Below, piece by piece: positions 8,901 through 20,158 of a stretch of 58,904 nucleotides of DNA. The notes below the pieces were generated by a model that saw only the letters and a program-made list of their open reading frames with translations, did no database searches and had not been told where the DNA came from. Every line of letters begins with the position of its first letter. The first letter of the stretch is position 1. Both the position numbers and the translations under genes were made by a program. This DNA comes from Vicinamibacterales bacterium (lineage in GTDB: Bacteria > Acidobacteriota > Vicinamibacteria > Vicinamibacterales > SCN-69-37), in assembly GCA_046598935.1 (NCBI GenBank), contig JBKJHW010000071.1, positions 1 to 58,904 on the forward strand, written 5' to 3'.

Positions 8901-10067
8901 GGGCCAGTCAAGGCCGCCACTGAACAGAGCCGCATCGACGTTCTGGTACTGCACATCCCACTGCGCAATCGCCGGCGCTGGCCGCCCGAGCGGCGCCAGC
9001 TTGTAGGTCTGCTGCGTGCGGCCGCCGAAGAAATCTCCCTCGACGCGCGTGACGTCGAGCGTCGACGGCGTCCATGTGACGTCACCGTCAAGGCGAGGAA
9101 ATGGATAGTGGCCGAACGACGTCAGCACGCCGAGCTCAGGACTCGCGAACCGGCCTTTCACCTGGTAACCGCCGCGATACTTGTGAAACGTGCCGTCAAA
9201 CGTGCCGTGTCCGGCGAGCTCAAAATTGCTGCCGTCGAAAAACACACGCCGCATCTCCGGCCACTGCACTTTCGATTTGATCGTGTAGAGCTGCTCGGGC
9301 CACTTCGCGAGGTCGACGTCGCCGGTGATCTCCGATTGAGCACCGCCGGTCTGGAGTTGAATCCGCCGAAACAGCAGGTGCCCGTTCTCGATTTTGAAGC
9401 CGGCATCCATCGCCGCCCGCATCGGCAGGTAGCTCTGCACCTGGATCGTACCGTTGTCGAAGTGCGAGCGCCCATAGTACGAGCCGAGGGTGCGCACGAC
9501 CACGACAGAGAAGTTTCGGCAGACCGCCTTCCAGGGCGAACCGTGATCGTCGTAGATGAACTCGCCTTCGTCCGCCACGACCTCTCGCATCGTCGTCGTG
9601 CGAATCCAGCCTGGCGCGGTCCTTTTGTCCTTCGGGGTGAGCTTCGGAAGGTTGTGCTTGTCGCCCGGCCACGTCTCGACGTTCGCGCGCCAGCCGGTCA
9701 TCTCGATCCGGTCGATGACGAGGTGCCGTGAGAAGGCCGTCCACCACGGAACGCTCACGCGAATTCTCCTGGCGACGAGAAACGGCGTGGCATCCGGCGT
9801 GAGGCCTTCGATCGTGACGTCGGTCAGCTCGAATTCGCCCCTCCCGGCGAGGGCCCGAACGCCGCCGATGTGCATCGGCCGCTCCATGAATTTTGAGGCT
9901 TCGCGCTCCGCGAGCTCTTTCACGCGCGGCCCAAGATCGATCGAGAAGAACGTGACGATCAGGCCGGATGTGACGGCGACGATCACTGCGAGAAGTCGAA
10001 GACCCCATCGCCCGAATCCCGCGCGGCGCGGCGCGGCCTTGCCCGGCGGGGGAGTGTCGGAACTCAC
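5931..10067 (-). CDS. tamB: Translocation and assembly module protein TamB (AsmA-like, N-terminal TM anchor, C-terminal DUF490-type region)
   Basis: 1378 aa with an N-terminal hydrophobic anchor, a long beta-rich body, and the C-terminus ...VFVTYSRAL..EVILLEYDQNDRMSWVLSKNEDQSFALDFRVRYRF. Paired with an Omp85 gene. Confidence 0.85.
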   Translation of the reverse strand: MSSDTPPPGKAAPRRAGFGRWGLRLLAVIVAVTSGLIVTFFSIDLGPRVKELAEREASKFMERPMHIGGVRALAGRGEFELTDVTIEGLTPDATPFLVARRIRVSVPWWTAFSRHLVIDRIEMTGWRANVETWPGDKHNLPKLTPKDKRTAPGWIRTTTMREVVADEGEFIYDDHGSPWKAVCRNFSVVVVRTLGSYYGRSHFDNGTIQVQSYLPMRAAMDAGFKIENGHLLFRRIQLQTGGAQSEITGDVDLAKWPEQLYTIKSKVQWPEMRRVFFDGSNFELAGHGTFDGTFHKYRGGYQVKGRFASPELGVLTSFGHYPFPRLDGDVTWTPSTLDVTRVEGDFFGGRTQQTYKLAPLGRPAPAIAQWDVQYQNVDAALFSGGLDWPGLRLAGKLTGRNVMTWTNGQFGPTKVGDGEISSASINDEARKTFDLPAGLRPAAPEKPFDATRRLSPYNINGNIKYTWAPRWIDVAEGSWAATPKTYLSFSGRTEYGDNSRVPFRLSTTDFLESDRLLVELMGAFNSVSTPIDIGGFGTFEGVLTKAFWNPHIDGTFAGQHMRAWDVDWGRGTGKAVIENNYADITDGVFFGSYPGSRIDTAGRYSLGYPRADRGRELDARINIVKWPLVELRHAFYMDLWPVDGLGSAELHLYGEYDRPEGFGTFRIDNGSAWEESFDYATAGLRFEYAGVRVDGIELFKGVGIIRGAAFADWHNETYSFNFDGQRIPVESIDNWRYPATPFSGMLQFTASGTGSFVDPTYEARGSIADLYAGDEGIGQVTARLRYVKETIVIEQLEAASPRLSVSGTGRVAMNDEMDSDLTFRATNTRVDPYFRLISPTTQISPHATASITGAVRISGELADMRYLSVDATLEKAELTLFDYALRNEGPIHVTFGENAAHVGRLRLVGDGTQLDLSGGVSLTDEQVNIKARGSANLAVLQAFFPDLRSSGSAEVIADITGDMRSPQFSGNAAITRGRIRHFALPHSFEELNGIVRFDSDGLRVDGVEGRLGGGDVRLAGTIGLKGYLPDELNLSAVGRNMTLRYPEGFQSRLNADLFLRGTTSAAELSGTVTVLHATMTREVNSEVGLLGLTGEATIATGGVSGTVVETGIPLTYEIQVIAPQTLRIDNSLAHIVASGDLTVRGTYDHPTVTGSIDINRAEVTFLGNRYIVSRGTVEFTNPATMQPVFDIEAETRIRVPGGGGTSSGQTYRVNATITGTTDRLTPTFTSDPQLPQMAIIQLLFGETDLEKLRDPEVNALEATQRANLNLVQANAARLLTSPLSSSVGRVMERTLGVDTVQITPLLGFSDTAQLSPTARVTLGKRVSERVFVTYSRALNTGRAEVILLEYDQNDRMSWVLSKNEDQSFALDFRVRYRF

Positions 10068-10085
10068 CTGCCCAGCTTAGCGCGG

Positions 10086-10595
10086 CTATTCAATGACGAT
10101 AAGGACGCGGCCGGCTTCGACCGACTGGCCCTCAGTGACGGAGATCTCTTTCACCCGGCCCGCCTTGGGGGCGCCGAGCTCGTTCTCCATCTTCATCGCT
10201 TCGATGACGCAGACGCCTTGCCGCAACTCGACCTGGTCGCCGACCTTCACGAGAATGCGGACGACCCGGCCCGGCATCGGCGCTTTCACGCGCTGCACGC
10301 CGGTCTTTGCCGCGCCGCCGCCCTCTGCGCGCTGATAGCGCCGCGCATCGACGACGGCGGTGACATCGGCGTGCGGCAGCTGCACGAACCATTCGCCGCC
10401 GGGGCGATCTGTCAACGCGACGTCGGTACTGCGGCCGTCCTCGAACACGAGCGAGAGGCCGAGCTCTGTGCGCCGGGCATCGACGCTCGTCGGCACGCCG
10501 TCGATCACGACGCGGAAGCGGCCGCCGGCCGCAGTGCCGACGCGCTCGATCGCGACTTTGTGCGTGCGTTCGTTGATATCGATCTCGAACTGCAC
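10086..10595 (-). CDS. Biotin carboxyl carrier protein (biotinyl domain, EAMKM)
   Basis: C-terminal ...VCVIEAMKMENEL... biotinylation motif. Lies 2 nt downstream of the biotin carboxylase gene. Confidence 0.8.
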   Translation of the reverse strand: MQFEIDINERTHKVAIERVGTAAGGRFRVVIDGVPTSVDARRTELGLSLVFEDGRSTDVALTDRPGGEWFVQLPHADVTAVVDARRYQRAEGGGAAKTGVQRVKAPMPGRVVRILVKVGDQVELRQGVCVIEAMKMENELGAPKAGRVKEISVTEGQSVEAGRVLIVIE

Positions 10596-10597
10596 GG

Positions 10598-12127
10598 CTA
10601 ACTCCTCAATCCTTCACGAAGTGCAGCTTGCCGCCACTTGCCGGATCCGCCGCCGCTGCCCACCGGAGATGACCCGCCGGTGACCGCACGATGCGCCCGG
10701 AACCACGACATCAGCGCCACGGCGACCGTCGCGGCGCGCTCGTCAGCTTCGTCGGGCGGCGCGAAGGCGAGGCCTTTTCGCGTCTTCAGCAATTCATCGA
10801 GGTAAGTTGTGTCGAACTCCGCCGACAAAAACTCCGGCTGCGTCGTCAACCACTGAAAAAACGGCGTCGTGGTCTTCACGCCCACCACTCGGTATTCATC
10901 GAGCACGCGCCGCAGGCGCCGGATCGCGTCGGGGCGGTTGTCGGCCCACACGACGAGCTTGGCGATCATTGAGTCGTAGAAGGTGGGAATTTCGAATCCC
11001 GCGGCGACGCCGCGGTCGTCGCGGACGCCGTGGCCGCCCGGCACGCTGATCGCGCGGACGAGCCCGGGCGACGGCATGAAGCCGCGATCCGGATCTTCGG
11101 CGTAGATGCGGCACTCGATCGCGTGCGCGATCGGCGTCAACGCCTTCAGCGGATCGATCGTGAGCTTCTCGCCGAGCGCGATGCGCAACTGCCAATGCAC
11201 GAGGTCGATGCCGGTGACCTGCTCGGTGACGGGATGCTCGACCTGCAGACGCGTGTTCATTTCGAGGAAATAGAAACTCCCGTCGGCATCGAGCAGGAAT
11301 TCGATGGTGCCGGCGTTCGTGTAGCCGACCGAGCGCGCGACGAGCGCAGCGCAGTCGGCCATTTCCTTGCGCTTCTTCGCGTCGATCGCCACGGACGGCG
11401 ACTCTTCGACGACCTTCTGATGCCGCCGCTGAATTGAGCATTCGCGCTCGACAAAGGGAATAACGGTCCCGTGGTGATCGCCGAGCAGCTGCACCTCGAT
11501 GTGCCGCGGCTTCAGGATTCGCCGCTCGAGATACACGGCGCTGTCGCCAAATGCCGAGCCGGCTTCGGAGCGAGCCGTTCGGATCGCCGGCAGGAGCTCG
11601 GCCGGCGTCGCGACGGTGCGCATGCCTTTGCCGCCGCCCCCCGCCACAGCCTTCACGACGAGCGGATAGCCGATGCGCTGCGCCTCGGACATCATCTCTT
11701 CGTCCGACGCGTCCGCGCTGAACGGCTCTTCAGTGCCGGGCACGACAGGCACGCCGGCTTTGATCGCTGCCCGCCGCGCCGCCGTCTTGCTGCCCATGAG
11801 CGCGATCACTGCCGGCGTCGGGCCGACAAACGTCAAACCCGCGTCGACGCACGCCTGGCCGAAGTCTTCGTTCTCAGCGAGAAATCCGTAACCGGGGTGC
11901 ACGAGCGTGGCCCCGGAGGTCCTGGCAACCTGGATGATCTTGTCGATCCGAAGGTAGCTCTCGCTCGCCGGACTCGGGCCAATGTAGTACGCCTCGTCGG
12001 CGACGCGAACATGGAGGGCCTCACGATCGCAATCGGAATACACCGCGACCGTGCCGTACCCCAGTTCTCTGGCCGCGCGCATCACGCGTACGGCGATTTC
12101 GCCGCGATTTGCGACCAGCACTTTCAT
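10598..12127 (-). CDS. accC: Biotin carboxylase subunit of an acyl-CoA carboxylase
   Basis: [24 protein letters not shown]..., ATP-grasp body. Track ORF extends to 12421, but that extension is Arg/Ala junk. ATG at 12127 overlaps the upstream stop (ATGA). Confidence 0.9.
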   Translation of the reverse strand: MKVLVANRGEIAVRVMRAARELGYGTVAVYSDCDREALHVRVADEAYYIGPSPASESYLRIDKIIQVARTSGATLVHPGYGFLAENEDFGQACVDAGLTFVGPTPAVIALMGSKTAARRAAIKAGVPVVPGTEEPFSADASDEEMMSEAQRIGYPLVVKAVAGGGGKGMRTVATPAELLPAIRTARSEAGSAFGDSAVYLERRILKPRHIEVQLLGDHHGTVIPFVERECSIQRRHQKVVEESPSVAIDAKKRKEMADCAALVARSVGYTNAGTIEFLLDADGSFYFLEMNTRLQVEHPVTEQVTGIDLVHWQLRIALGEKLTIDPLKALTPIAHAIECRIYAEDPDRGFMPSPGLVRAISVPGGHGVRDDRGVAAGFEIPTFYDSMIAKLVVWADNRPDAIRRLRRVLDEYRVVGVKTTTPFFQWLTTQPEFLSAEFDTTYLDELLKTRKGLAFAPPDEADERAATVAVALMSWFRAHRAVTGGSSPVGSGGGSGKWRQAALREGLRS

Positions 12128-13038
12128 GAATGCTGCCTGACGAAAGCGAGGACGGCGGCTCCCGCCGGACGATCTTCGCGGCTCAACGTGGGCACGATGC
12201 GAGTATGACCCAGGCCGGGCGCGACGACGAGCTCGGCGCGCACACCGGCTCTGTTCAATGCATCGCGCATCAGTTCCGACTGGCGCTTGAGCGCACGGCT
12301 CTCGCCGCCAGCGTAGAGCAGGAGCGCTCGGGGCGGATCGCCATCGACAAACTGAATCGGCGAAGCCGTGACCTGCCAGTTCGTGTCGCCGGGCCCTAAC
12401 CGGAACCGCTTTGCATACCACGCGGGATCCGCGCCAAGCGCGTGCGTACGCGGATCGGCCATGTCATACCCGGCGCCGGCAACGCCGATGACGCCACGAA
12501 TCGCGCGCCGAGGCACGCCGAGCTTACCGAGCGTCTCGCGATCGAGGACGGTCCGCATCGCCAGCTGAGCGCCGGCGGAATGCCCCATCACGAACAAACG
12601 CTCCGGGTCGCCTCCGAAGTCCGCGGCGTGCGCGTACACCCACGCGACGGCCTTGGCCGCGTCATCGGCTTGCGCGCGCCAATCGACCGTCGGAATCAGC
12701 CGATAGCTGATGATCGCGGAGCCGATACCATGGGCCGCGAAAAAGCGCCCGATGTTGTTGTAAATGTCCTGTCCGCCATAGCGGAAATCCTTGTCGCCCG
12801 AATCCCAGTTGCCGCCGTGAATGAAGACGACGACCGGGAAATTCTCCTGCGCCGGCCTGAAAAAGTTGAGCCGGTGCCGCGGATCGGTCGAGCCGTCGAC
12901 GTAGGTCACGTCACGAACGACGCTCCCGGGTGCGAGCGCGGCGGGCTTGTAGTAGAGCTTGATGCCGGCGCGGTGAACGACCCCGCAGCCGGCCGCGACA
13001 ATAGCGGGCAACAACGTCAATGCGAGCGCGCGCCTCAC
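12124..13038 (-). CDS. Alpha/beta-hydrolase (esterase/lipase-type) lipoprotein
   Basis: Lipobox LPAIVAAGC, oxyanion HGGNW, nucleophile elbow GHSAGA. GTG start overlaps the upstream stop (GTGA). Confidence 0.75.
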   Translation of the reverse strand: MRRALALTLLPAIVAAGCGVVHRAGIKLYYKPAALAPGSVVRDVTYVDGSTDPRHRLNFFRPAQENFPVVVFIHGGNWDSGDKDFRYGGQDIYNNIGRFFAAHGIGSAIISYRLIPTVDWRAQADDAAKAVAWVYAHAADFGGDPERLFVMGHSAGAQLAMRTVLDRETLGKLGVPRRAIRGVIGVAGAGYDMADPRTHALGADPAWYAKRFRLGPGDTNWQVTASPIQFVDGDPPRALLLYAGGESRALKRQSELMRDALNRAGVRAELVVAPGLGHTRIVPTLSREDRPAGAAVLAFVRQHS

Positions 13039-14576
13039 AGAGGAATATTGCCGTGCTTTTTCGGCGGCAGCTTCTCGCGCTTGTTCGCGGTGCTCGCGAG
13101 CGCGGCGATGAGCTTTGTCCGGGTTTCCCTCGGCCGGATCACCTCATCGACGAACCCGCGTGATGCGGCAACGAACGGATTGGCAAACTTCTCGCGGAAC
13201 TCAGCGGTCTTCTCTGCGCGATATTTGGCCGGATCCTTCGCCTGCTCGATTTCACGGCGATACAGCACGTTGACCGCGCCCTCCGAACCCATCACCGCGA
13301 TCTCGGCCGTCGGATACGCGTAGTTGAAGTCCGTGCGCAGATGCTTGCTCGCCATCACGCAATACGCGCCGCCATACGCCTTGCGCGTGATGAGCGTGAT
13401 CTTTGGCACGGTCGCTTCAGCGAACGCATAGAGCAACTTCGCCCCGTGGCGAATGATGCCGCCGTGTTCCTGACGGACACCCGGCAGAAACCCGGGGACA
13501 TCCTCGAGCACGATCAGCGGAATATTGAACGCGTCGCAAAAACGCACGAACCGCGCGCCTTTCACCGACGCGTCGATGTCGAGGCACCCGGCCAGCACGG
13601 ACGGCTGGTTCGCGATGATGCCGACCGACCGCCCGCCGAGCCGCGCGAAGCCGACGATGATATTCAGCGCGTAATGCTGATGCACCTCCAGAAACGCGCC
13701 GTCGTCGACAACGGCGCGAATGAGGTCGTGCATGTCGTACGGCTGATTGGGCTGATCCGGAATGAGCGAGTCGAGCGATTCGTCTTCGCGGTCGGACGGG
13801 TCGGCAGTCTCGACAAACGGCGGCTCGTCGACGTTGTTCGAAGGCAGGTAACCGAGCAGATCCCGAATCAGCCGGATGCATTCGCGATCGTCAGCGGCCG
13901 AAAAGTGCGCAACACCGCTGATCGCGTTGTGCGTCATGGCGCCGCCGAGATCCTCCTTCGTGACGTCTTCGTGCGTGACCGTCTTGATGACGTCCGGCCC
14001 GGTGACGAACATGTAGCTCGAGCCTTCAACCATGAGGTTGAAGTCCGTGATCGCCGGCGAATAGACGGCGCCGCCCGCGCACGGGCCCATGATCGCGGAG
14101 ATCTGCGGGATCACGCCGGAGGCGAGCACGTTGCGCAAAAAGATGTCGGCGTAGCCGCCGAGCGACAGCACGCCTTCCTGAATGCGCGCCCCGCCGGAGT
14201 CGTTGAGCCCCACCATCGGCGCGCCCATCGTCATCGCCAGCCCCATGACCTTCACGATCTTCTCGGCATTGGTTTCCGACAGCGAGCCGCCGAACACCGT
14301 GAAATCCTGCGCGAACGCGTAGACCGGCCGGCCGTCCACCCGGCCGTGGCCGGCAATGACGCCGTCGCCAGGAATCAGCTCCTTCTCCATGCCGAAGTCG
14401 CGGCACCGGTGGGTCACGAGCTTGTCGATCTCCTCGAACGCGCCCGGATCGAACAGGAGCTCGATGCGCTCGCGCGCGGTCAGCTTGCCCGCGTCGCGCT
14501 GGCGCTTCTGCCGGTCGGCGCCGCCGCCAAGCTCGGCAAGGCGCTCGAGGTTCTCGAGATGTTTGAGGTGCTCCAT
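13035..14576 (-). CDS. Acyl-CoA carboxylase carboxyltransferase (beta) subunit, propionyl-CoA carboxylase/methylmalonyl-CoA carboxyltransferase family
   Basis: [25 protein letters not shown]..., two crotonase-like CT halves. Start chosen at 14576 (1-nt overlap with the tal stop, TAATG) rather than track 14675. Confidence 0.9.
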   Translation of the reverse strand: MEHLKHLENLERLAELGGGADRQKRQRDAGKLTARERIELLFDPGAFEEIDKLVTHRCRDFGMEKELIPGDGVIAGHGRVDGRPVYAFAQDFTVFGGSLSETNAEKIVKVMGLAMTMGAPMVGLNDSGGARIQEGVLSLGGYADIFLRNVLASGVIPQISAIMGPCAGGAVYSPAITDFNLMVEGSSYMFVTGPDVIKTVTHEDVTKEDLGGAMTHNAISGVAHFSAADDRECIRLIRDLLGYLPSNNVDEPPFVETADPSDREDESLDSLIPDQPNQPYDMHDLIRAVVDDGAFLEVHQHYALNIIVGFARLGGRSVGIIANQPSVLAGCLDIDASVKGARFVRFCDAFNIPLIVLEDVPGFLPGVRQEHGGIIRHGAKLLYAFAEATVPKITLITRKAYGGAYCVMASKHLRTDFNYAYPTAEIAVMGSEGAVNVLYRREIEQAKDPAKYRAEKTAEFREKFANPFVAASRGFVDEVIRPRETRTKLIAALASTANKREKLPPKKHGNIPL

Positions 14577-15223
14577 TACTTCTTGTTGGCCGAGGCCCAG
14601 TCTTTCAGAAACTTCTCGAGACCGATATCCGTCAGCGGATGCTTGAAGCACGCTTCGAGCACGGACGGCGGGCACGTGCAGACATCCGCGCCCATCCGCG
14701 CGGCCTCGACGATGTGCATCGGGCCGCGGACGCTCGCGACAAGGATCTCGGTTTTATAGTCGAACGCGTGATAGATGTCGACGATCTGCTGAATGAGCCC
14801 CATGCCGTCGGTCGCGATGTCGTCGAGCCGGCCCACAAACGGGCTGATGTAAGCCGCGCCCACTTTGGCGGCGATCAACGCCTGCGTCGCCTGGAAACAC
14901 AGCGTGACGTTCACGCGAATGCCGTCATCAGCAAGGACCTTCACGGCCTTCACGCCCTCGCGCGTGAACGGCACCTTCACGACGATGTGCTCGTCCAGCT
15001 TGGCCCAGTCCCGGCCTTCGCTGATCATGCCGGGCGCGTCGAGCGCGACAACTTCGGCGCTGACGGGCCCTTTCACGATCTCGCAGATCTGCTTGATGAT
15101 CTTGCGCGGATCTCCGCCCTCTTTCGCCATCAGCGACGGGTTGGTGGTGACGCCGTCGACGATGCCGAGCGGCATCATGGCTTCGATGTCTTTGATGTTG
15201 CCGGTGTCCAGGAAGAATTTCAT
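14576..15223 (-). CDS. tal: Short-type transaldolase / fructose-6-phosphate aldolase
   Basis: [33 protein letters not shown].., 215 aa. Confidence 0.9.
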   Translation of the reverse strand: MKFFLDTGNIKDIEAMMPLGIVDGVTTNPSLMAKEGGDPRKIIKQICEIVKGPVSAEVVALDAPGMISEGRDWAKLDEHIVVKVPFTREGVKAVKVLADDGIRVNVTLCFQATQALIAAKVGAAYISPFVGRLDDIATDGMGLIQQIVDIYHAFDYKTEILVASVRGPMHIVEAARMGADVCTCPPSVLEACFKHPLTDIGLEKFLKDWASANKK

Positions 15224-15987
15224 GATCGACTCACAACGGGGTTGGTGAGGGCGCCGACGCCTTCAACGTGAATGGTGACCGAATCGCCGGGCGCAATCGG
15301 GCCGATGCCCGACGGGGTGCCGGTGGAAATGATGTCGCCCGGGAGCAGCGTCATCACGGACGTGATGAACGTCACCAGCTCGGGGATCGTGAAAATCAGC
15401 TCGCGCGTGCGTGAGTTCTGGCGCATCTGGCCGTTCACGTAGCCGCGCACCTCGAGGTCTTTGCCGTCGAGGCCGAGCGCAATGCACGGGCCGATCGGCG
15501 CAAACGTATCGAAGCCTTTGCACCGGGTGTACTGGCCGTCCTTATTCTGCAGATCGCGCGCGGTGACGTCGTTCACGCACGTGAGACCAAGGATGTAGTC
15601 GCTCGCCTTGCCGATCGGCACGTTGCGCGCGGCCTTGCCGATCACGATGCCGAGCTCCGCTTCGTGATCGATGCGGCCGGCCCACATGGGATTCTCAATT
15701 GCGGCGCCGGGGCCGATGACGGTGGTCGAGGGTTTGATGAACAACAGCGGCTCGGGCGGCAGCGGTTTGCCCTGCTCGAGCGCGTGATCGCGATAGTTCA
15801 GACCGACGCAGACGATCTTCGAGGGCAGCACCGGCGCCAGAAACTTCGCGCCCTCGTGATCGAACTCCTCGCCTTCAACGATCTTGCCGGCAAAAATATC
15901 GCTCGTGACGACGTGCCATTCTCCGTCCCGCTCGGCGACGTACTGCGATCCGCCGCCGGGTTTGTCAGTCCGATACAAACGCGTCAT
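15220..15987 (-). CDS. Fumarylacetoacetate hydrolase (FAH) family protein
   Basis: ...VGLNYRDHA..KP..HEAELGIVIGK..DVTARD..KGFDTF.PIGP.. pattern. ATGA overlap with tal. Confidence 0.85.
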   Translation of the reverse strand: MTRLYRTDKPGGGSQYVAERDGEWHVVTSDIFAGKIVEGEEFDHEGAKFLAPVLPSKIVCVGLNYRDHALEQGKPLPPEPLLFIKPSTTVIGPGAAIENPMWAGRIDHEAELGIVIGKAARNVPIGKASDYILGLTCVNDVTARDLQNKDGQYTRCKGFDTFAPIGPCIALGLDGKDLEVRGYVNGQMRQNSRTRELIFTIPELVTFITSVMTLLPGDIISTGTPSGIGPIAPGDSVTIHVEGVGALTNPVVSRS

Positions 15988-17011
15988 CAGCGTCCCGTTT
16001 CTTCCACCACGTTGGAGTTCCTGCTGCGATTGGCCGGCGCGGCTTTGTCGACGGCCACGACCGCGTAGAAATACCGCACGCCGGCTTTCGCTGTCTGATC
16101 GTTGAAGGATGTGCCGGTCACTGGTTCCGCCATCAGCGGTTGCAGTCTGTCACCCGAGCCCTCGCCGCGCAAGATGATGTAGCCGCCGAGATCGGCGGCG
16201 GCGACGGCGTCCCACGTGAGGCTGATCGCGCCGGCCGATGCGAGCGCCACCAGGTTAGCCGGCGCGGGCGGAGCAAACGTGTCGGCGGGCGTTACGCAGG
16301 CTTCGGCGCTCGGGGCGCTTTCGATGGAAATCGGCGCCGCGCCCTCTGCGCTGCGGACAACGAAACACACCTTTTTGCCGAACACGACCGGCTGAGTGAA
16401 CTTCCCTTCTTTCAACCGCTCCGCCTGGAGCGGCATATCGGGAGCGGCCGAATCGTAGACGAGATAACCGGCGCCGGTCTCGGCGGTCCACGTGAGCGTG
16501 AGCGTCTGCTCGTCGTGCGCGACGGCCGCGCCTTGCGGCGTCTTCGGCGCCGCGTCGAGCGCGACCGCGATCAGCGGCGACGCCGCGCCCTGCCGCGAGC
16601 GAGTCGCGTATGGCACGACCTGGTAGTAGCGGGTCTCGGCGGATGCCGGAACAGCGTCAACGAAGCTCAGCGCGCCGGGATCGGCATCGGCTTTCGGCGG
16701 CGCCATTGTGGTGATCCGATTCGCTGCAGTGCGAAGCTCCTCGGCAAAGGGCGGCCGCGCACCGGGCGCAAGCGTCATCGCGAACACGTCGATTCGGTCG
16801 AGCAGCAGCGGCGTGGAGCCATCGTGGTTGGCCGTCGGAGCGATGAAGCGCACCGTGACCGACTCGGCTCGTCGCGTCACCGTGAGACTCCCGACAGCCG
16901 CCGGCGCGGGTCGAACCGGCGGTAGAGGCGGCCCGCGCTTGCCGCACGCGGGCGCCGCAATTATCAATCCCGAGATCAGGAGCGCCCAGCCGGACAATCC
17001 CACAATGGACT

Positions 17012-17015
<4 letters not shown>
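15987..17015 (-). CDS. Lipoprotein with fibronectin-type-III-like domain(s), function unknown
   Basis: Lipobox IIAAPACG. C-terminal [24 protein letters not shown] resembles FN3. GTGA overlap with the hslU stop. Confidence 0.5.
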
Positions 17016-18412
<1,397 letters not shown>

Positions 18413-18428
18413 TGGACCTCTTCCAACG

Positions 18429-18959
18429 TCACGAAAGTTCTTCCAGCGTCACCGAGGTGTTCGTGTACACGCAGATGTCGGCGGCGATCGCCATCGATTG
18501 CTCGACGATCTGGCGCGCAGTGAGCGACGAGTGTTTCGCCAGCGCGCGCGCCGCGGCGAGCGCAAAGGCGCCGCCCGATCCGATGCCAATAATTCCATCG
18601 TCGGGCTCGATCAGATCGCCGGTGCCGGAGAGGAGAAACATGCGCTGCGTGTCGGCGACAAGGAGCATCGCTTCGAGCCGGCGCAGCGCGCGATCGGTGC
18701 GCCAGTCTTTCGCCAGCTCGACGGCCGCGCGCTCGAGCTGGCCGCGATGCTCGTCGAGCTTCGCTTCGAAACGCGCGTAGAGCGCGAAGCCGTCGGCCGC
18801 CGATCCGGCGAAACCGGCGAGGACTTTGTCGTGATAGAGCCGCCGGACTTTGCGGGCGGTGTGCTTGACGATCGTTTGACCGAGGGTGACCTGGCCGTCG
18901 CTGGCCATCACCACCGTCCCGGCATGTCGGACGGCGAGCACTGTGGTGGCGTGGACCAT
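18429..18959 (-). CDS. hslV: ATP-dependent protease subunit HslV (short N-terminal MVHA extension before TT, as in CodW-type)
   Basis: [25 protein letters not shown].. and GSGG motif. Confidence 0.95.
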   Translation of the reverse strand: MVHATTVLAVRHAGTVVMASDGQVTLGQTIVKHTARKVRRLYHDKVLAGFAGSAADGFALYARFEAKLDEHRGQLERAAVELAKDWRTDRALRRLEAMLLVADTQRMFLLSGTGDLIEPDDGIIGIGSGGAFALAAARALAKHSSLTARQIVEQSMAIAADICVYTNTSVTLEELS

Positions 18960-19034
18960 GTCTCGATTGTGTCAAACGTCCGTCGGCGAGGCCAGTAAAG
19001 GGGTAAATCGACCGGTTTTCGCTGCAATCCAGGA

Positions 19035-19050
19035 TGGCAGTAGAGTTGCA
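19035..19050 (+). promoter_or_regulatory. Sigma-54 (-24/-12) promoter candidate TGGCAG-TAGAG-TTGCA
   Basis: GG (19036-37) and GC (19048-49) are at the canonical 12-nt register of TGGCAC-N5-TTGCA. It lies 24 nt upstream of the ATG at 19074 with GGGGGAAGG between. Confidence 0.5.
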
Positions 19051-19073
19051 CTGTCGGGCTTGGGGGAAGGCTT

Positions 19074-20135
19074 ATGCGCGCACACAACCGTTTGTTGCTC
19101 AACTTAGTGGCAGGAGGCGCCGTCATTCTCATGACGACACCGGCCTCCGTTTCCGCGCAGGCGGTTCCGCGCTCTGCCCCGCCGGTCGTGAACTCGGCGC
19201 CCGCGCCCGCAGCGGCGCCGCCCAGCTCAACTCAGGCCGTCGCCCGCGATATGCCGGCACCGGCCCCAACGTTTTCGGCGCCCGCCAGCTACTCGGCGCC
19301 CTCGTACTCCGAGCAGCAGCCCGTCCGGTCGGCGCCGCCCTCCAGCGGCTCGTCCGGCTCGAGCTCGTCAGGGTCCGGCAGCTCCGGCTCTTCTACGTCC
19401 TCCGGTTCCTCCGGCGGGGCAACCACCCGCGGCGGCGGATCGACGTCGACCAGCAGTCCTTCGTCGGGTAGCTCAGGCACGAGCGCGGTTCGCCGCGGAA
19501 CCACCGGCACCGGCGGCGGACCGAACACGGCCGTCTACGTAGGCGCCGGTTCGCGCGATCGCGACGGCCGCACGATCACCGGTAACGCGGTTCGCCGCGC
19601 GAGCCCGATCGGCGGCGGCTCCTTCTTCGATGAGCGCTGGCTGAGATCAGCGGGCTATCCGTTCAGCCCGTGGGGCCGCTGGTATCCGTGGTACTCCGGC
19701 GGCTGGGGCTACGGCTGGGTTTCGTACGATCCGTGGCGTTCGGGCGGCACTCGCTGGGTGTGGGGGCGGTACGGCACCTGGTGGTACGGCGCCACGCCGT
19801 GGTACGACCCGTGGTACGACCCGTACTACGGCTGGTACGGTATGTCCTACGGCGGCGGCGGGGGCGGCGGCCGCAGCTACAGCGACGATAACCGTGGCAA
19901 CACGGGCTCGCTGCGTTTGAAGGTCAACCCGCCGCAGGCCAAGGTCTACATCGACGGCGTACTCCAGGGCGTAGTCGATGATTTCGACGGGCTGAAGAGC
20001 CCTCTCGATGTCGCTGAAGGCGTGCATCAGCTCGAAATTCGCGGCGACGGCTTCGTGACGTTGAAAGACGAGATCAAGATCGAAGCCGGCAAGACACAGA
20101 CCTATCGCGGCTCGCTCAAAAAGGCGGTCAAGTAA
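19074..20135 (+). CDS. Secreted protein: signal peptide, Pro/Ala/Ser and Ser/Gly low-complexity linker, Trp/Tyr/Gly-rich region, C-terminal PEGA domain
   Basis: Signal peptide ...TTPASVSAQA; about 14 Trp in about 75 aa (PWGRWYPWYSGGWGYGWVSYDPW..PWYDPWYDPYYGWYG); C-terminus LRLKVNPPQAKVYIDGVLQG..GVHQLEIRGDGF is PEGA-like. Confidence 0.6.
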   Translation: MRAHNRLLLNLVAGGAVILMTTPASVSAQAVPRSAPPVVNSAPAPAAAPPSSTQAVARDMPAPAPTFSAPASYSAPSYSEQQPVRSAPPSSGSSGSSSSGSGSSGSSTSSGSSGGATTRGGGSTSTSSPSSGSSGTSAVRRGTTGTGGGPNTAVYVGAGSRDRDGRTITGNAVRRASPIGGGSFFDERWLRSAGYPFSPWGRWYPWYSGGWGYGWVSYDPWRSGGTRWVWGRYGTWWYGATPWYDPWYDPYYGWYGMSYGGGGGGGRSYSDDNRGNTGSLRLKVNPPQAKVYIDGVLQGVVDDFDGLKSPLDVAEGVHQLEIRGDGFVTLKDEIKIEAGKTQTYRGSLKKAVK

Positions 20136-20158
20136 GCCGCTACGGTAAGCTGCACGGC

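Noticed and set aside
12128-12421. N-terminal extensions of track ORFs: accC to 12421, carboxyltransferase to 14675, dprA to 34691, lysA to 41459, aminotransferase to 54437, DapA-like to 55060, permease to 56666, bamA to 5997, amino-acid permease to 50100.
   Set aside because: The extensions are Arg-rich junk and overlap the upstream gene. In each case an internal ATG reproduces the canonical family N-terminus and sits in a stop/start overlap (ATGA, TGATG, TAATG).
18995-19023. Heat-shock (sigma-32-like) promoter for hslVU: GCGAAAA ... CCCCTTTAC on the minus strand.
   Set aside because: The -35 match to CTTGAAA is poor and the alternative TTGCAG spacing is too long. The TTGACA at 18971-76 is only 11 nt from the ATG. 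There is not enough support to call it.
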